A stretch of DNA of 64,000 nucleotides, from assembly GCF_057098645.1 (NCBI RefSeq), contig NZ_CM169472.1. One strand, 5' to 3'. Each line of letters begins with the position of its first letter. Within the stretch, counting starts at the first letter, position 1. Made by a program: the position numbers and the translations under genes. Shown piece after piece: positions 1 to 11,789 of this stretch. The notes below the pieces were generated by a model, which searched no databases, was not told the origin of the DNA, and saw nothing but the letters and a program-made list of their open reading frames with translations.

Positions 1-188
1 CGACGATGATGGGCAGCCGCAACGCCACGCCGGAAGATTTTGCTAAAGTCGGTCGACTGATGGCGGAAGGAAAAATCACTGCTGACATGATGTTAACCCA
101 TCGCTATCCGTTCGCCACGCTGGCAGAAACCTACGAGCGCGATGTGATTAACAATCGTGAGTTAATTAAAGGCGTAATTACTTTCTGA
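1..188 (+). CDS. lgoD: L-galactonate 5-dehydrogenase (YjjN/LgoD), C-terminal fragment; 5' end lies outside the window
   Basis: ORF 6..188 ends ...HRYPFATLAETYERDVINNRELIKGVITF, which I recognise as the C-terminus of the Zn-dehydrogenase upstream of opgB in K-12. Confidence 0.6.
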   Translation, partial: TMMGSRNATPEDFAKVGRLMAEGKITADMMLTHRYPFATLAETYERDVINNRELIKGVITF

Positions 189-325
189 TAAGGCGAGATT
201 ATTAAAGTTGCCATGCAGCGTCCGGGGAAGTGTTGGGCGCTGTTTTTTTTGTTTCTTAATAATGTGTTGTAAGCCGGAGAAGGTGTGTAGGTCGCACCCT
301 ATGCGACCTACATATCAGTCAGGAA

Positions 326-2614
326 TTACCCTTCACGTTCTACCACTTTAATTTCCACCATGCCGATCCCGAGCTTACGCGGCGAGTGTCCGAGGATATT
401 CCCTTCGTTGGTTGAGACAGGTTCCGGCGGCACAATTACCAGTGTGTCGGCATCGGTTGGGTTATCGAAATGCAGTGTGGTGGTGGTCACTTCATTGCCC
501 AGCACAAGAGTTTGTTCTTCATTGCCTACGCGTACCGGAATAGGACGGCTGGCGTTATTGCCGTATGCTTTGGCGGTAATCACCAGGTCAAATTTCTTCG
601 GCAGCGGATGCTTGTACTCGATTTTTACTTCATCGCCCAGCTGCGCGTTGGACCAGCGGCCCCACGACTCCGGACGGGAAATCCCGCTAAACTGTTTCAC
701 CTCTTCTGGCGCACCGGCGACGTTAAAGATGAAACTGTCGGCTTTGTAGCGAATATCGTTATCAACAATCTTCAGCGTATCGACATTGCCTTTGTAACGC
801 GCCATGTCGATGACCGTATCTTTAAATGCCGTCTTGCTCTTCCATGTTGTTTTGTCAACATGCTGAACAATTTGCTGACCGCCAAGCTGCCCCTGCGAGA
901 CACACCAGTCGGTGGAAAGTGCCAGTTCCGGAGCCCAGAGTTGTGCCATCTTGTAGCAACGGTCAACCCAGACGAAATTGTCGCGTGGAGCGAAATCGGC
1001 CAGCTGGAAACGCAGCGGTGCTGAGTATTCGCTTTCCGGCAGCGGTTCCACGCGTTTGTCTGAAACCCGCAACAGCAGCGGCAAACGGAAATGGCTACCC
1101 GAGAAGGCAATCATGTTTTTCTGCTGGTCGATGGTGAACTCTTTCATCTCTTTAGGGAATTTCCACAGGCGGATGATATCTGGCTTCCACGCCAATGTTT
1201 TCTCTTTGATATTGAGGAAGATTTCCGACATCGACTGCCCGGATAAACTGCTACGACCAAGTCCGAGATAGTTATCGCCACCGAGAATGTCCAGCACCGT
1301 CGCGCCGTTATCCATCGTGTTACGCTTCACTGCCAGCGTCTCTTGCTGCGGCTTGTCGCCACGAATGACAAAAAACAGGTTATTGCGATCCTGCTTATTG
1401 AGGTATTTCCACGCCGTGTTGTTCATCGCTAAATGGTCAGAAGAGACGACGATGACGGTATCTTTAAACCACGGTGACGCTTTGATTTTGTTGATAAACG
1501 TCGCGATGTTCTCCTGGCTGCAACTTACCGCGCTGAATGACTGATTCGGCTTACCGTCAAAATCATATTTTTTGCGGTTACAGGTGCGCGAGATAAAACC
1601 ATCCGGGTGATGGGTATCGACTGTCAGGGTAAACAGTGAGAATCGCTGACCTGAGCGGGAAAGCTCTTCAAACTTTTTCCACGCTTCATCGAGAACGGTA
1701 TCGTCGTAGAATCCCCAGTCGTTGCGATAGTGCGGGTCGGCTACCACGCTTTTCAGCTCTTCTGAGCCGTATAAGTGGTCGAAGCCATGCGACTTCAGGA
1801 ACACATCTTTACCGGCAAAACGCAGATTCGCGCCCTGCACGAAATAGTTCTGATAACCCGAGTTTTTCAGGATATCGCCCAGACAGATGTTCTGCGGGAA
1901 GAAGCTGGAAACAGAAGCGGAGGCGTTACCTTCAAAGGGGGCAAACAGCGGTATGCCACACTGAGAAGCCACCATGCCCGCAATCGTGTAATCTGTTCCC
2001 GGCAGCTGCTGCGTGTGGCTGAAATCCAGGCCTTCATCTTTCAACGCGCCCAGTTCAGGCGTGAGATCCGGGAAAGCCTCGTTATCAAAATAGGTCCGCT
2101 CGAGACTTTCGCCGTAGATATAAACCAGGTTGAGTTTCGGGTCAGGGATAGTTTTCGATGGCTCTTTATAATAAGCCGCAAAGTCCGGGTCGCCGTCGCG
2201 TGACTGGGATTTCACCAGTTCCGTTATCTGACGAAATGCCGGGCTGGCGTCCACCGAACCCAGCGCCAGTAAGAGCGCCAGCAGGCTGTAACCAAAATGG
2301 TGCGGATGATGACGACGGCGCAGGATCCAGCCCAGCGCACCGAACACCGCCGTCAGCCCCAGCACAATGCCGATACCCGGCAGGATGTATTTGCTGACGC
2401 CAGCACCGGTCAGGCTGTTGGTTAAGGTATAGAGAACCGCGTCGTTAATACCATCGCCAGTAAAATAGTCGCTGGCAAACAGGGTGATATTTAAAACGAC
2501 AAATAGCCCCAGCACCGTTAATGTGGCTGCAAACCACCAGGTGTTACGTCCCGCTTTCCATGCGTAAATCAGCACAGAGGCGAGAAAAAGGGCGAAAGAG
2601 AGTAGTTCTGACAA
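326..2614 (-). CDS. opgB: Phosphoglycerol transferase I (OPG biosynthesis, sulfatase family)
   Basis: 762-aa ORF with N-terminal membrane helices and a sulfatase-like domain; matches remembered OpgB/MdoB and the K-12 gene order. Confidence 0.9.
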   Translation of the reverse strand: MSELLSFALFLASVLIYAWKAGRNTWWFAATLTVLGLFVVLNITLFASDYFTGDGINDAVLYTLTNSLTGAGVSKYILPGIGIVLGLTAVFGALGWILRRRHHPHHFGYSLLALLLALGSVDASPAFRQITELVKSQSRDGDPDFAAYYKEPSKTIPDPKLNLVYIYGESLERTYFDNEAFPDLTPELGALKDEGLDFSHTQQLPGTDYTIAGMVASQCGIPLFAPFEGNASASVSSFFPQNICLGDILKNSGYQNYFVQGANLRFAGKDVFLKSHGFDHLYGSEELKSVVADPHYRNDWGFYDDTVLDEAWKKFEELSRSGQRFSLFTLTVDTHHPDGFISRTCNRKKYDFDGKPNQSFSAVSCSQENIATFINKIKASPWFKDTVIVVSSDHLAMNNTAWKYLNKQDRNNLFFVIRGDKPQQETLAVKRNTMDNGATVLDILGGDNYLGLGRSSLSGQSMSEIFLNIKEKTLAWKPDIIRLWKFPKEMKEFTIDQQKNMIAFSGSHFRLPLLLRVSDKRVEPLPESEYSAPLRFQLADFAPRDNFVWVDRCYKMAQLWAPELALSTDWCVSQGQLGGQQIVQHVDKTTWKSKTAFKDTVIDMARYKGNVDTLKIVDNDIRYKADSFIFNVAGAPEEVKQFSGISRPESWGRWSNAQLGDEVKIEYKHPLPKKFDLVITAKAYGNNASRPIPVRVGNEEQTLVLGNEVTTTTLHFDNPTDADTLVIVPPEPVSTNEGNILGHSPRKLGIGMVEIKVVEREG

Positions 2615-2867
2615 CGGGCGATCCTCACTAAACCGGGCCGTTTAGCCAACGTTTAAGCTTTTTGAGAAGCACAATGTAATGGCGTCGCCATATTGCTGCA
2701 ATTCTAGTGTCAAAAAAATGCGATGTTGTTAGGAATTAGTTTATAAACAGACTTTTTTGATCGCGGTCGCTTCCCGTGTAACAGGGGGAAAACCGTCCAG
2801 GAGCAGGGAAAAGGGCAGGAGAGAGCCGCGTCAGCCGGGTAACAGCTAAAACGCGGCGTTTCGCGGT

Positions 2868-3302
2868 TCAGGAAATGAAGTTCAGCCCCTGCTTTAACAC
2901 CAGATCGCAGGCTTTGGTTTTCACCTTTTCTGCCAGCGGAGTCGTTCCGATGTTATCCAGATTGAGTTGCTGACCATCTTTGGTTTTCAGCAAACCCTGA
3001 ATACCGTCCAGATAGTTGGTGTCTTCTTTTTGCTCTTCACTGTTCAGGCCCAGCTTTTCCAGCACCTGATTCTTGATGTTTTCGGCATCGGTTACCGACG
3101 CCAGCTTTTGCTTCGCGCAGTATTGCAGAATGCCTGCGGCATTGTTCATGTTATCTGCGCTTAAGGCCTGGTTTCCGCTGCTAAGCAAGTTAGTTAATGA
3201 CGCGAGCGACCAACCGCCTTCCTGTGTCGTGCTGTTTTGGTTGCCAAGTTCGCTGGCGGCAATGGCACAGCACAGAAGATGTTTAACAGTTTTCATCATC
3301 AT
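2868..3302 (-). CDS. yjjA: YjjA, secreted DUF2501-family protein
   Basis: 144-aa ORF with an N-terminal signal peptide (MMMKTVKHLLCCAIAASE...); sits between opgB and dnaC. Confidence 0.8.
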   Translation of the reverse strand: MMMKTVKHLLCCAIAASELGNQNSTTQEGGWSLASLTNLLSSGNQALSADNMNNAAGILQYCAKQKLASVTDAENIKNQVLEKLGLNSEEQKEDTNYLDGIQGLLKTKDGQQLNLDNIGTTPLAEKVKTKACDLVLKQGLNFIS

Positions 3303-3347
3303 TACTCAAGGTGGAATTGTGTCGCAGTATACCGCCAGAAACGGGGA

Positions 3348-4085
3348 TTAATACTCTTTACCTGTTACACGGCTACGGTAGCTATCCCAGTTGAAGATCA
3401 CCCACAAACTGTTACCCAGGCGCATACGGTCCATCACGCGTTCGCCCAGCAACTTGGTCATCTCTTCCATATTACTATTGGTCAGCATCCCGGTTGGGCG
3501 TTTGGAAGAAGAGCGGCGATCGACGATCTGGTTGATGATCACTTTTTCGTATTTCGATTCGGTCTGCACGCCGATCTCATCGATCACCAGCAGATCAACG
3601 TTGCTCAGATCGTTAAGCAGTTGTTCTTCGCTGGTACCGCTATTCCTGAAGGTATCTTTCATCGCCGACATAATATCGGCCACGGTGATGATCAATACGG
3701 ATTTACCGCGTAGCAGCAGCTCGTTGCAGATTGCCGCCGCCAGATGGTTTTTGCCGGTTCCTGGCTTACCAGAAAAGATAAAGCTGGCGATGTTGCCGTC
3801 AAACTCTTCGACATACTGGCGCGCTTTGCTTAACGCATTCATCTGCCCTTCACACTCAACGCGATAGTTCTCAAAGGAGCAGTTCTGATGCAGTGGACGA
3901 ATACCGGAGCGGTTAAAGGTGCGCTGCATTTTCATCGCCCGATTTTCACGTTCGAGAGCGGCAGAGCGGATCGCCCCTTGTTCTTTTTGCCAGGCCAGTA
4001 GTTCTTCACCCGTTTTGAATGCGGGTTTGATATGGGCAGGCATCATTTTTTGCAGGCGTTGCATCAGGTCGCCAACGTTTTTCAT
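3348..4085 (-). CDS. dnaC: DNA replication protein DnaC (helicase loader)
   Basis: 245-aa ORF with Walker A GKPGTGKNHLAAAI; immediately downstream of dnaT. Confidence 0.92.
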   Translation of the reverse strand: MKNVGDLMQRLQKMMPAHIKPAFKTGEELLAWQKEQGAIRSAALERENRAMKMQRTFNRSGIRPLHQNCSFENYRVECEGQMNALSKARQYVEEFDGNIASFIFSGKPGTGKNHLAAAICNELLLRGKSVLIITVADIMSAMKDTFRNSGTSEEQLLNDLSNVDLLVIDEIGVQTESKYEKVIINQIVDRRSSSKRPTGMLTNSNMEEMTKLLGERVMDRMRLGNSLWVIFNWDSYRSRVTGKEY

Positions 4086-4087
4086 CG

Positions 4088-4627
4088 TTACCCTCTGAAT
4101 CCTGGTGGAATTTGGCTGTCAGGTTCGCTGACCGTATTCACATCTCGTTTCGGCAGTCCGCCGTTGCTGGCACGACCGATTTGCAGGCTGCGCGCCAGTT
4201 TTTGTTGCCACTGCACATGGTGAAAGACTTTACCTTCCGCCTGCCAGTAGGCAATGAATGAGGCCAGTTCTTCGGTGGTCACCGGCTCTCTTAGCGCCAC
4301 GCCCCATAGCGCCGCCAGGCGGATAAAATCGGCATCGGGTTGCCAGTCCGGATACATGGCGAATTTCCCCATGGGTACAGCAACGGGAGCGGCTTGCGGT
4401 TCCTGATAGAGTTGATCGTCCAGATCGACATCGCTTCCCGGACGCGCCAGCTTTTCTTCCAGCGCCAGCAGTTCAGCCAGGCGTGCAGGCGTGACGGCAT
4501 AAAACGCCGGGGCATTGTTAGCAAATACGGCAACCACACCGCCTTCAGCTTTTGCCAGAACGGTTTGGTGATCGTGTACCAGGGCGTCAATACCAACGAC
4601 GTCCGGGGTCAAAACTCTGGAAGACAT
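4088..4627 (-). CDS. dnaT: Primosomal protein DnaT
   Basis: Starts [16 protein letters not shown]... and ends ...[13 protein letters not shown]; the ORF-track start at 4639 looks like an upstream extension. Confidence 0.9.
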   Translation of the reverse strand: MSSRVLTPDVVGIDALVHDHQTVLAKAEGGVVAVFANNAPAFYAVTPARLAELLALEEKLARPGSDVDLDDQLYQEPQAAPVAVPMGKFAMYPDWQPDADFIRLAALWGVALREPVTTEELASFIAYWQAEGKVFHHVQWQQKLARSLQIGRASNGGLPKRDVNTVSEPDSQIPPGFRG

Positions 4628-4733
4628 ACTGTTTCTCAAATATGGAACGATGAACGAGAAGGGAGATAACTTTTATAGTAACACACGGAGGAGAGGAGGC
4701 TGTCTCTCATCCGTGTGCTTAAGCGAGGCAATT

Positions 4734-5207
4734 TTATACGCGAGGGCGCTTGCGGTACAACCATAATCCAGGAATGGAAAGACCGATGGATAACGCACCA
4801 ACAATCGATGAAGCTGTAAGAAAGTTGGTTAACAGGGTAATCATCAACGGTTCGCTGTAACCTAACTGGCTGATTTTTACCGCCGAAATCATTGCGGTAT
4901 AAGCCGATATGCCCGGGAACATAGGGATAACGGCCGCCACGGTAAACACTTTCGGATGCGCCAGATACCAGCGCGACCATTGAATACCAATGGTGCCGAC
5001 CAGCATAGAAGCCATAAAGGTTGACCACTCAATATTCAACCCGCTGGTCATCAAGATCATTCGGGAACCATGACCTATCGAGCCAAGCAGCGCACACCAG
5101 CGTAACGCCCGCACGGGAACGTTGAACACCATCGCAAAGCCGACCGCAGGAATGGCGGCGAGGATCATATCCTGCGCCAATGCAAACAGAAATTCGATCA
5201 CACCCAT
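4734..5207 (-). CDS. yjjB: Inner membrane protein YjjB (ThrE-family transporter subunit)
   Basis: Hydrophobic 157-aa protein starting [14 protein letters not shown]...; paired with yjjP. Confidence 0.85.
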
Positions 5208-5968
5208 CCGCGTAGCCCCCAAATCGTCAGTGCCATCACCACGCCGACGCAGGTAGCCAGTGTCAGCAGACTGGCGATCGCCCAGCGTGCCAGTCCGGTA
5301 TTGATGTGGCCTTTAAACATATCGGCGACGGCATTAATCAACGGAAAGCCCGGCACCAGCAGCAGAACGCTGGCGGCCATCGCAATGGTGGGGGTATTGC
5401 TGAAAGTGGGGAGTTGCAAAAGCAATCCGGAAATGGTGGTGGCGGCGAAAGCGGTAAGGCAAAAGTTGATCTGTGGATGAAGATGACGTTGTGCCAGCAG
5501 CTGGCGGATATACATCGCGGTCGTACTGGCAAAGAAGGTGATGACGGCACCATCCCAGCCACCGTTATTGAGTTTACAGAAACAGGCGCAAGAAAGGCCA
5601 ACCATTAAGGCTACCAGCCATCTTGGGTAACGTAATGGCTGAATTTGGCTAAATCGTTTCTCTACGCCTTTGTAATCCAGCAGATGGTGCTCCGCCAGAA
5701 TCACAATGTGCTGGACTTCAGTCACCACATGCATATTAATGCCGCGATCGTGATTTTTTCGTGTCGATGTCAGGCATTGCCCATCTTTAATAGTTGTCAG
5801 CACTATGGCGTTCGAAGAGATAGAACTTTCGACGCTGTCCATTCCCAGCGCCCGACCCAGTCGTGAGGAAAGCTCATCAACCAACGCGCTTTCCGCACCA
5901 TGTTGCAAAAGAAATAATCCACACTGGATACAAAGCCGTGTTACGGCTCGCTGTTGCTCAGTTTGCAT
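5198..5968 (-). CDS. yjjP: Inner membrane protein YjjP (ThrE-family transporter subunit)
   Basis: Starts [21 protein letters not shown]...; overlaps the yjjB start; the ORF-track start at 6031 is an upstream extension. Confidence 0.85.
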
Positions 5969-6039
5969 AACTCGCCCTTTGTCATAGACGTGATGCGTAT
6001 TGTTCAGATAATGAGAATCCATTTGTATCATGAAGCACG

Positions 6040-6587
6040 GTTGTTTTGCGGTAGGTTAAGATCAAAATTGCGCTGATTAATCCTGGTTATCGGGAGACGC
6101 TTGGTGATAAAAAGCGAATTATCTCTCGCCGTAAACAAACTATCGCATGAATATTATCACTATAATGAATTTATTGTTTGACCTTTACGAGTCAGGATAA
6201 TAGATAACCGGGCGCGTTTTTTAGTGTTAACAAGTTAAAACCATCAGGTTTTATTGAATAAATATTGATTGTGTGATTTTTACATTCTGCGGGAAGAGAT
6301 ATCATTTAATTATAAATTAAATGAATGAGATTTCTGTTTTTCATTAAGTATTTCTAACAACTTAATGTAGATATTTTAAATGTCTCCAGGCTATTTCACC
6401 AGGTTATCATTTGATGCTAACCTTCTGACACATGCAGTGGAGTTAATGTGCAGCAGGAGTATGCTGATATGAAAGTGAATGCAAAGGATAAATTATTCGC
6501 TTAATCTATTAATTTGCTGGAAATATTTAAGGAATGAATATCCTGAATAAACCATCATGATTTATAGACAGTGGATGTGGAGGAAAT
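6040..6587. promoter_or_regulatory. AT-rich regulatory region upstream of yjjQ-bglJ (yjjP-yjjQ divergent intergenic region)
   Basis: ~550 bp strongly AT-rich non-coding stretch between divergent genes, typical of an H-NS-silenced promoter region. Confidence 0.5.
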
Positions 6588-7313
6588 ATGTTGCCAGGAT
6601 GCTGCAAAAATGGAATTGTTATCAGTAAAATACCTGTTATGCAAGCAGGGTTAAAAGAGGTCATGAGGACTCACTTCCCTGAATATGAAATAATATCCAG
6701 CGCCTCTGCGGAGGACCTTACCTTATTACAATTACGTCGTTCCGGATTAGTCATTGCTGATTTAGCCGGTGAAAGTGAAGATCCACGTTCTGTTTGTGAA
6801 CATTATTATTATTTAATCTCACAATATCGGGAAATTCACTGGGTTTTCATGGTGTCACGCTCCTGGTATTCCCAGGCAGTAGAACTGCTCATGTGCCCTA
6901 CGGCGACGTTATTGTCTGATGTTGAACCCATTGAGAATCTGGTCAAGACCGTACGTTCCGGCAATACGCACGCAGAGCGTATCAGCGCTATGCTGACTTC
7001 CCCGGCAATGACTGAAACTCATGATTTTAGCTATCGCTCCGTCATTCTCACTCTTTCAGAGCGCAAGGTACTGCGGCTATTAGGTAAAGGATGGGGCATC
7101 AACCAGATAGCTTCATTGCTTAAGAAAAGTAATAAAACTATCAGCGCCCAAAAAAACAGTGCGATGCGTCGACTGGCAATTCACAGCAACGCTGAAATGT
7201 ATGCATGGATAAATAGCGCGCAGGGTGCAAGAGAACTTAACTTGCCTTCTGTTTATGGAGATGCCGCAGAATGGAACACAGCCGAATTAAGAAGAGAAAT
7301 GTCGCACTCATAG
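6588..7313 (+). CDS. yjjQ: LuxR/FixJ-type transcriptional regulator YjjQ
   Basis: 241-aa ORF with a C-terminal LuxR-type HTH ([23 protein letters not shown]...). Confidence 0.88.
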   Translation: MLPGCCKNGIVISKIPVMQAGLKEVMRTHFPEYEIISSASAEDLTLLQLRRSGLVIADLAGESEDPRSVCEHYYYLISQYREIHWVFMVSRSWYSQAVELLMCPTATLLSDVEPIENLVKTVRSGNTHAERISAMLTSPAMTETHDFSYRSVILTLSERKVLRLLGKGWGINQIASLLKKSNKTISAQKNSAMRRLAIHSNAEMYAWINSAQGARELNLPSVYGDAAEWNTAELRREMSHS

Positions 7314-7948
7314 AAAAATGCGTCATGAGTAGTATCGGTATTGAGAGTTTATTCAGAAAGTTTGCGGGTAGCCCTTATAAGCTCCATACCTATACCAGTC
7401 AGGAGTCATTTCAGGATGCCATGTCGCGGATCTCGTTTGCGGCGGTCATTTTTTCTTTTTCTGCCATGAGAAGTGAGCGCAGAGAGGGATTATCTTGCCT
7501 GACTGAACTGGCGATTAAGTTTCCGCGTACCCGGCGTTTAGTTATTGCGGATGATGATATTGAAGCTCGGCTGATTGGTTCATTGTCGCCATCACCGCTG
7601 GACGGTGTATTAAGTAAAGCGTCAACGCTGGAGATTTTTCATCAGGAACTCTTTTTGTCATTAAATGGTGTACGTCAGGCGACCGACCGACTGAACAATC
7701 AGTGGTACATTAACCAAAGCCGGACGCTAAGCCCGACGGAGAGAGAAATATTGCGCTTTATGTCGCGTGGCTACTCAATGACACAAATTGCCGAGCAGCT
7801 TAAACGTAATATCAAAACGATCCGCGCGCATAAATTTAATGTGATGTCGAAACTGGGCGTCAGTTCTGATGCAGGGTTGTTGGAGGCCGCAGATATTCTG
7901 TTATGTATGCGGCATTGCGAAGCAAGTAATGTGTTGCATCCCTATTAA
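7271..7948 (+). CDS. bglJ: LuxR-type transcriptional activator BglJ
   Basis: 225-aa ORF overlapping the yjjQ 3' end, with a C-terminal LuxR HTH ([25 protein letters not shown]...). Confidence 0.88.
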   Translation: MEHSRIKKRNVALIEKCVMSSIGIESLFRKFAGSPYKLHTYTSQESFQDAMSRISFAAVIFSFSAMRSERREGLSCLTELAIKFPRTRRLVIADDDIEARLIGSLSPSPLDGVLSKASTLEIFHQELFLSLNGVRQATDRLNNQWYINQSRTLSPTEREILRFMSRGYSMTQIAEQLKRNIKTIRAHKFNVMSKLGVSSDAGLLEAADILLCMRHCEASNVLHPY

Positions 7949-7985
7949 TCCGCATGATGCCGGGTTTACTTCCCCGGCAGTGCTT

Positions 7986-8774
7986 TCATTTCAGCGTACA
8001 ATCGCCACATTGCTGCACATCCGGTAAGCGATAACGCTGGCAGCAAGTGCGGCGCACCAGCAGGCCGTCGCGCAGTACCACGGTACGCCAGAGTGGATTA
8101 TCTTCACCGGTAGTAAGCGTTTTCTCAAAAAAGAGGGCATGGCGCAGCGATTCAACCGTCGCCTCGCCGAGCAGTTGCTTCATCTCAGTAAGATACCAGT
8201 TGATCAAATAACCGGTATTACTCCAGATAAGTTTGCCGTTAATCTCTCCCGTTGCTTCTAGTGCCAGCACAACCGGAACCAGCGCCTGGCTGATTAACGT
8301 TTCCATTCGATGCTGCGGCGAATGTGGTGTTACGTTTTTATCTTCACACACATCGACCCAGAAACAGGCGACGCGTCCGGTTTCGTGAAACTCAGCATGG
8401 AAATGTTCCGGCGACACATCTAATGCTTTTTCCTGCGTCAGTAGCGCCAGCATTAATGGTGGTACCATCAGGCCGATATACCACTGCGCCCACAGTGAGA
8501 TCAGCGGTTTGTTCTCGCGGATCATCGTTGGTTGGTTGCGATAGATATGATCGGAATAGACCGCCAGTAGAGAACTTAGAGCATTCGGTGATGACCATTG
8601 CGCCAGCGTCATGGCGTTAAGCGGAGCGGGTTCATCCAGGCGGATAAACTCCAGCAAATGTTCACGATGTTCGGCGATCATCGCCCGTACGGCTTGTGCA
8701 AGCCCAGCATCCTGCGGCTGGAGATGTGTTCGCCAGATGACATCTTCATAGAGCGGTGCGGAACGATAGGCCAT
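7986..8774 (-). CDS. fhuF: Ferric-siderophore reductase FhuF (2Fe-2S)
   Basis: 262-aa ORF ending with the Cys cluster ...RRTCCQRYRLPDVQQCGDCTLK. Confidence 0.88.
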   Translation of the reverse strand: MAYRSAPLYEDVIWRTHLQPQDAGLAQAVRAMIAEHREHLLEFIRLDEPAPLNAMTLAQWSSPNALSSLLAVYSDHIYRNQPTMIRENKPLISLWAQWYIGLMVPPLMLALLTQEKALDVSPEHFHAEFHETGRVACFWVDVCEDKNVTPHSPQHRMETLISQALVPVVLALEATGEINGKLIWSNTGYLINWYLTEMKQLLGEATVESLRHALFFEKTLTTGEDNPLWRTVVLRDGLLVRRTCCQRYRLPDVQQCGDCTLK

Positions 8775-8914
8775 AATCGGGATAGTAATCTAAATGATAA
8801 TGATTGCTAATCCTAGCGATAGGTTTACCCGATAGCAAGGGATTTCTCTGGCTTGCAAATGATAAAAATTATCATATGATATTGGTTATCATTATCAATG
8901 AAAGAGATGAAACC

Positions 8915-9151
8915 ATGTTGCAACGTACGCTGGGCAGTGGCTGGGGAGTGTTGCTGCCGGGATTGCTGATTGCAGGGCTGATGTATGCGGATTTATCGCC
9001 GGATCAGTGGCGGATTGTCATTCTGATGGGATTGATATTGACGCCGGTGATGCTGTATCACAAACAGTTACGGCATTACGTTTTGCTACCATCGTGCCTG
9101 GCGCTTAGTGCTGGCATCATGCTGATGCTAATGAATTTGAATCAGGGATGA
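8915..9151 (+). CDS. yjjZ: Small membrane protein YjjZ
   Basis: ATG at 8915 gives the 78-aa hydrophobic protein MLQRTLGSGWGVLLPGLLIAGL...; the longer track ORF from 8804 is probably an extension. Confidence 0.7.
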   Translation: MLQRTLGSGWGVLLPGLLIAGLMYADLSPDQWRIVILMGLILTPVMLYHKQLRHYVLLPSCLALSAGIMLMLMNLNQG

Positions 9152-9189
9152 AAAATCAAGGAAGAAACAAGAAAGGAAGTAAAGATAAT

Positions 9190-9276
9190 TGGTGCGAGGG
9201 GGGGGACTTGAACCCCCACGTCCGTAAGGACACTAACACCTGAAGCTAGCGCGTCTACCAATTCCGCCACCTTCGC
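9190..9276 (-). tRNA. leuV: tRNA-Leu (CAG)
   Basis: 87-nt sequence whose reverse complement is GCGAAGGTGGCGGAATTGGTAGACGCGCTAGCTTCAGGTGTTAGTGTCCTTACGGACGTGGGGGTTCAAGTCCCCCCCCTCGCACCA. Confidence 0.95.
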
Positions 9277-9310
9277 ACAGTCATCTTACTTTTTTTGATA
9301 TCGCCTCGTT

Positions 9311-9397
9311 TGGTGCGAGGGGGGGGACTTGAACCCCCACGTCCGTAAGAACACTAACACCTGAAGCTAGCGCGTCTACCAATTCCGCCACCTTCGC
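9311..9397 (-). tRNA. leuP: tRNA-Leu (CAG), middle copy with one base change in the variable arm
   Basis: Same 87-nt tRNA except gtaagaacact versus gtaaggacact on the plus strand. Confidence 0.93.
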
Positions 9398-9425
9398 CCA
9401 GTGCGAGCAATATCAACGTGGTTTT

Positions 9426-9512
9426 TGGTGCGAGGGGGGGGACTTGAACCCCCACGTCCGTAAGGACACTAACACCTGAAGCTAGCGCGTCTACCAATTC
9501 CGCCACCTTCGC
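9426..9512 (-). tRNA. leuQ: tRNA-Leu (CAG)
   Basis: Third tandem copy, identical to the first. Confidence 0.95.
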
Positions 9513-9629
9513 ATACCATCAATTCTTAAAAAGAATTGCTACCACGGAGGCGCATTCTAGTGGTTTTCAGCTTTTCGTCAATAGTTAATTATCGACAGAG
9601 GTGTAATTGCTGGAAAAATATCCATCAGG

Positions 9630-9800
<171 letters not shown>

Positions 9801-9812
9801 TCGGCGAGATAA

Positions 9813-10844
9813 TTAACCTTTCTTCGCCTGGAGGGTCATAATGGCGCGATACACCTTGAAGCGCCCGGTTTGCGCGATAACTTCATGGAAGCCAAATGTC
9901 TCATCCAGCACGTCCGGGTAAGGCAGGAAGGCGTTCGCTACAATTCGCAGCTCGCCGCCGCTATTAAGATGACGCACCGCGCCGCGAATCAGCGTTTGCG
10001 CCGCATCCAGGCTGGTTTGCATCCCATCGTGGAACGGCGGGTTGGAGATGATCATATCAAAACGACCTTTCACCTCGGAAAAGACGTTGCTGGCAAAGAC
10101 TTCACCTTCAACACCGTTGGCCGCAAGCGTTGCACGGCTGGCTTCTACCGCCGGGGCAGAGACATCGCACAGAGTGAGACGAATTTTCGGCGAATGGCGC
10201 GCAAAGGCAACCGAAAGCACGCCCGCGCCACAGCCGACATCCAGCACTTTACCTTTCGTGTGCGGAGTTAACGTTGAGAGCAGCAACTGGCTACCGACAT
10301 CCAGACCGTCGCGGCTAAACACGCCAGGCAGCGTTTTGACCGTCAGGCCATCGACGCTGTATTCGCCCCAGAATTTATCGGCATCAAATACCGGCTGTTT
10401 TTCCAGACGACCAAAATAGAGGCCACAGCGACGAGCGCTGTCGACTTTATTCAACGGCGCATAATCTGCCAGCATCTGCTCGGCGCTGCGCACGCCGCTG
10501 CGGTTCTCGCCAACGACAAAAATATCTGTCCCCACTGGCAGCAGAGAAAGTAAATTCATCAACTGGAACTGGGCTTCCGGTTTGTTCTTCGGCCAGTAGT
10601 AAATCAGCGTATCGCAATCTGCGACATCATCCGCCGTGGCGACCAGGCTAAAACGGGCGTTATCCCCCATCTGGCGGCTTAACACCTGCCAATGGTGGAA
10701 TTGCTGGGTATGAGCACGGCTGGCCGCGGTATCTAAACGCGCGGGCAGGTCATCCTGTAAGTCTCCGGCAAACAGAATACGGCTTTGTTCGAAATCATCA
10801 CTGTGACGCAGCAAGACTTCACTTGCCGGGGTAAATGCAGACAT
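9813..10844 (-). CDS. rsmC: 16S rRNA m2G1207 methyltransferase RsmC
   Basis: 343-aa ORF with a SAM-binding motif ([12 protein letters not shown]) and NPPFH motif. Confidence 0.9.
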   Translation of the reverse strand: MSAFTPASEVLLRHSDDFEQSRILFAGDLQDDLPARLDTAASRAHTQQFHHWQVLSRQMGDNARFSLVATADDVADCDTLIYYWPKNKPEAQFQLMNLLSLLPVGTDIFVVGENRSGVRSAEQMLADYAPLNKVDSARRCGLYFGRLEKQPVFDADKFWGEYSVDGLTVKTLPGVFSRDGLDVGSQLLLSTLTPHTKGKVLDVGCGAGVLSVAFARHSPKIRLTLCDVSAPAVEASRATLAANGVEGEVFASNVFSEVKGRFDMIISNPPFHDGMQTSLDAAQTLIRGAVRHLNSGGELRIVANAFLPYPDVLDETFGFHEVIAQTGRFKVYRAIMTLQAKKG

Positions 10845-10946
10845 GGAATGCTCCTCAATTGATACTGGCGGCGATTATAGCCATATGTTGGCGCGGTATC
10901 GACGAATTTGCTATATTTGCGCCCCTGACAACAGGAGCGATTCGCT

Positions 10947-11360
10947 ATGACATCCCGACGAGACTGGCAGTTACAGCAACTGGGCATTACCCAGTGGTCG
11001 CTGCGTCGCCCTGGCGCGTTGCAGGGGGAGATTGCCATTGCGATCCTGGCACACGTCCGTCTGGTGATGGTGGCAAACGATCTTCCCGCCCTGACTGATC
11101 CTTTAGTGAGCGATGTTCTGCGTGCATTAACCGTCAGCCCCGATCAAGTGCTGCAACTGACGCCAGAAAAAATCGCGATGCTGCCGCAAGGCAGTCGCTG
11201 CAACAGCTGGCGGTTGGGTACTGACGAACCGCTATCACTGGAAGGCGCTCAGGTGGCATCACCGGCGCTCACCGAATTACGGGCAAACCCAACGGCACGC
11301 GCCGCGTTATGGCAACAAATTTGCACATATGAACACGATTTCTTCCCTCGAAACGACTGA
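10947..11360 (+). CDS. holD: DNA polymerase III psi subunit
   Basis: 137-aa ORF MTSRRDWQLQQLGITQWSLRRP...; co-oriented with and overlapping rimI. Confidence 0.9.
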   Translation: MTSRRDWQLQQLGITQWSLRRPGALQGEIAIAILAHVRLVMVANDLPALTDPLVSDVLRALTVSPDQVLQLTPEKIAMLPQGSRCNSWRLGTDEPLSLEGAQVASPALTELRANPTARAALWQQICTYEHDFFPRND

Positions 11361-11775
11361 TTTACCAGCGGCTTACCACATTGAACAACGCGCCCACGCC
11401 TTTCCGTGGAGTGAAAAAACCTTTGCCAGCAACCAGGGCGAGCGTTATCTCAACTTTCAGTTAACGCAAAACGGCAAAATGGCGGCGTTTGCGATTACGC
11501 AAGTGGTGCTGGATGAAGCTACATTGTTCAATATTGCGGTCGATCCTGACTATCAGCGTCAGGGATTGGGAAGGGCGCTGCTGGAACATCTGATCGACGA
11601 ACTGGAAAAACGCGGCGTGGCGACACTATGGCTGGAAGTCCGTGCCTCAAATGCTGCCGCCATTGCCCTGTACGAAAGTTTAGGCTTTAACGAGGCGACG
11701 ATTCGCCGCAATTACTACCCCACCACGGACGGTCGCGAAGACGCCATCATCATGGCGTTGCCAATCAGTATGTAA
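11329..11775 (+). CDS. rimI: Ribosomal-protein-S18 alanine N-acetyltransferase RimI
   Basis: 148-aa GNAT-fold ORF ([21 protein letters not shown]). Confidence 0.9.
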   Translation: MNTISSLETTDLPAAYHIEQRAHAFPWSEKTFASNQGERYLNFQLTQNGKMAAFAITQVVLDEATLFNIAVDPDYQRQGLGRALLEHLIDELEKRGVATLWLEVRASNAAAIALYESLGFNEATIRRNYYPTTDGREDAIIMALPISM

Positions 11776-11789
11776 GACAAGGTGGAATA

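Noticed and set aside
286-312. Perfect 10-bp hairpin (tgtaggtcgc / gcgacctaca) as an intrinsic terminator for opgB
   Set aside because: No U-tract follows on the minus strand; more likely a REP-like palindrome, while the lgoD terminator is probably the T8 tract at 250..258.
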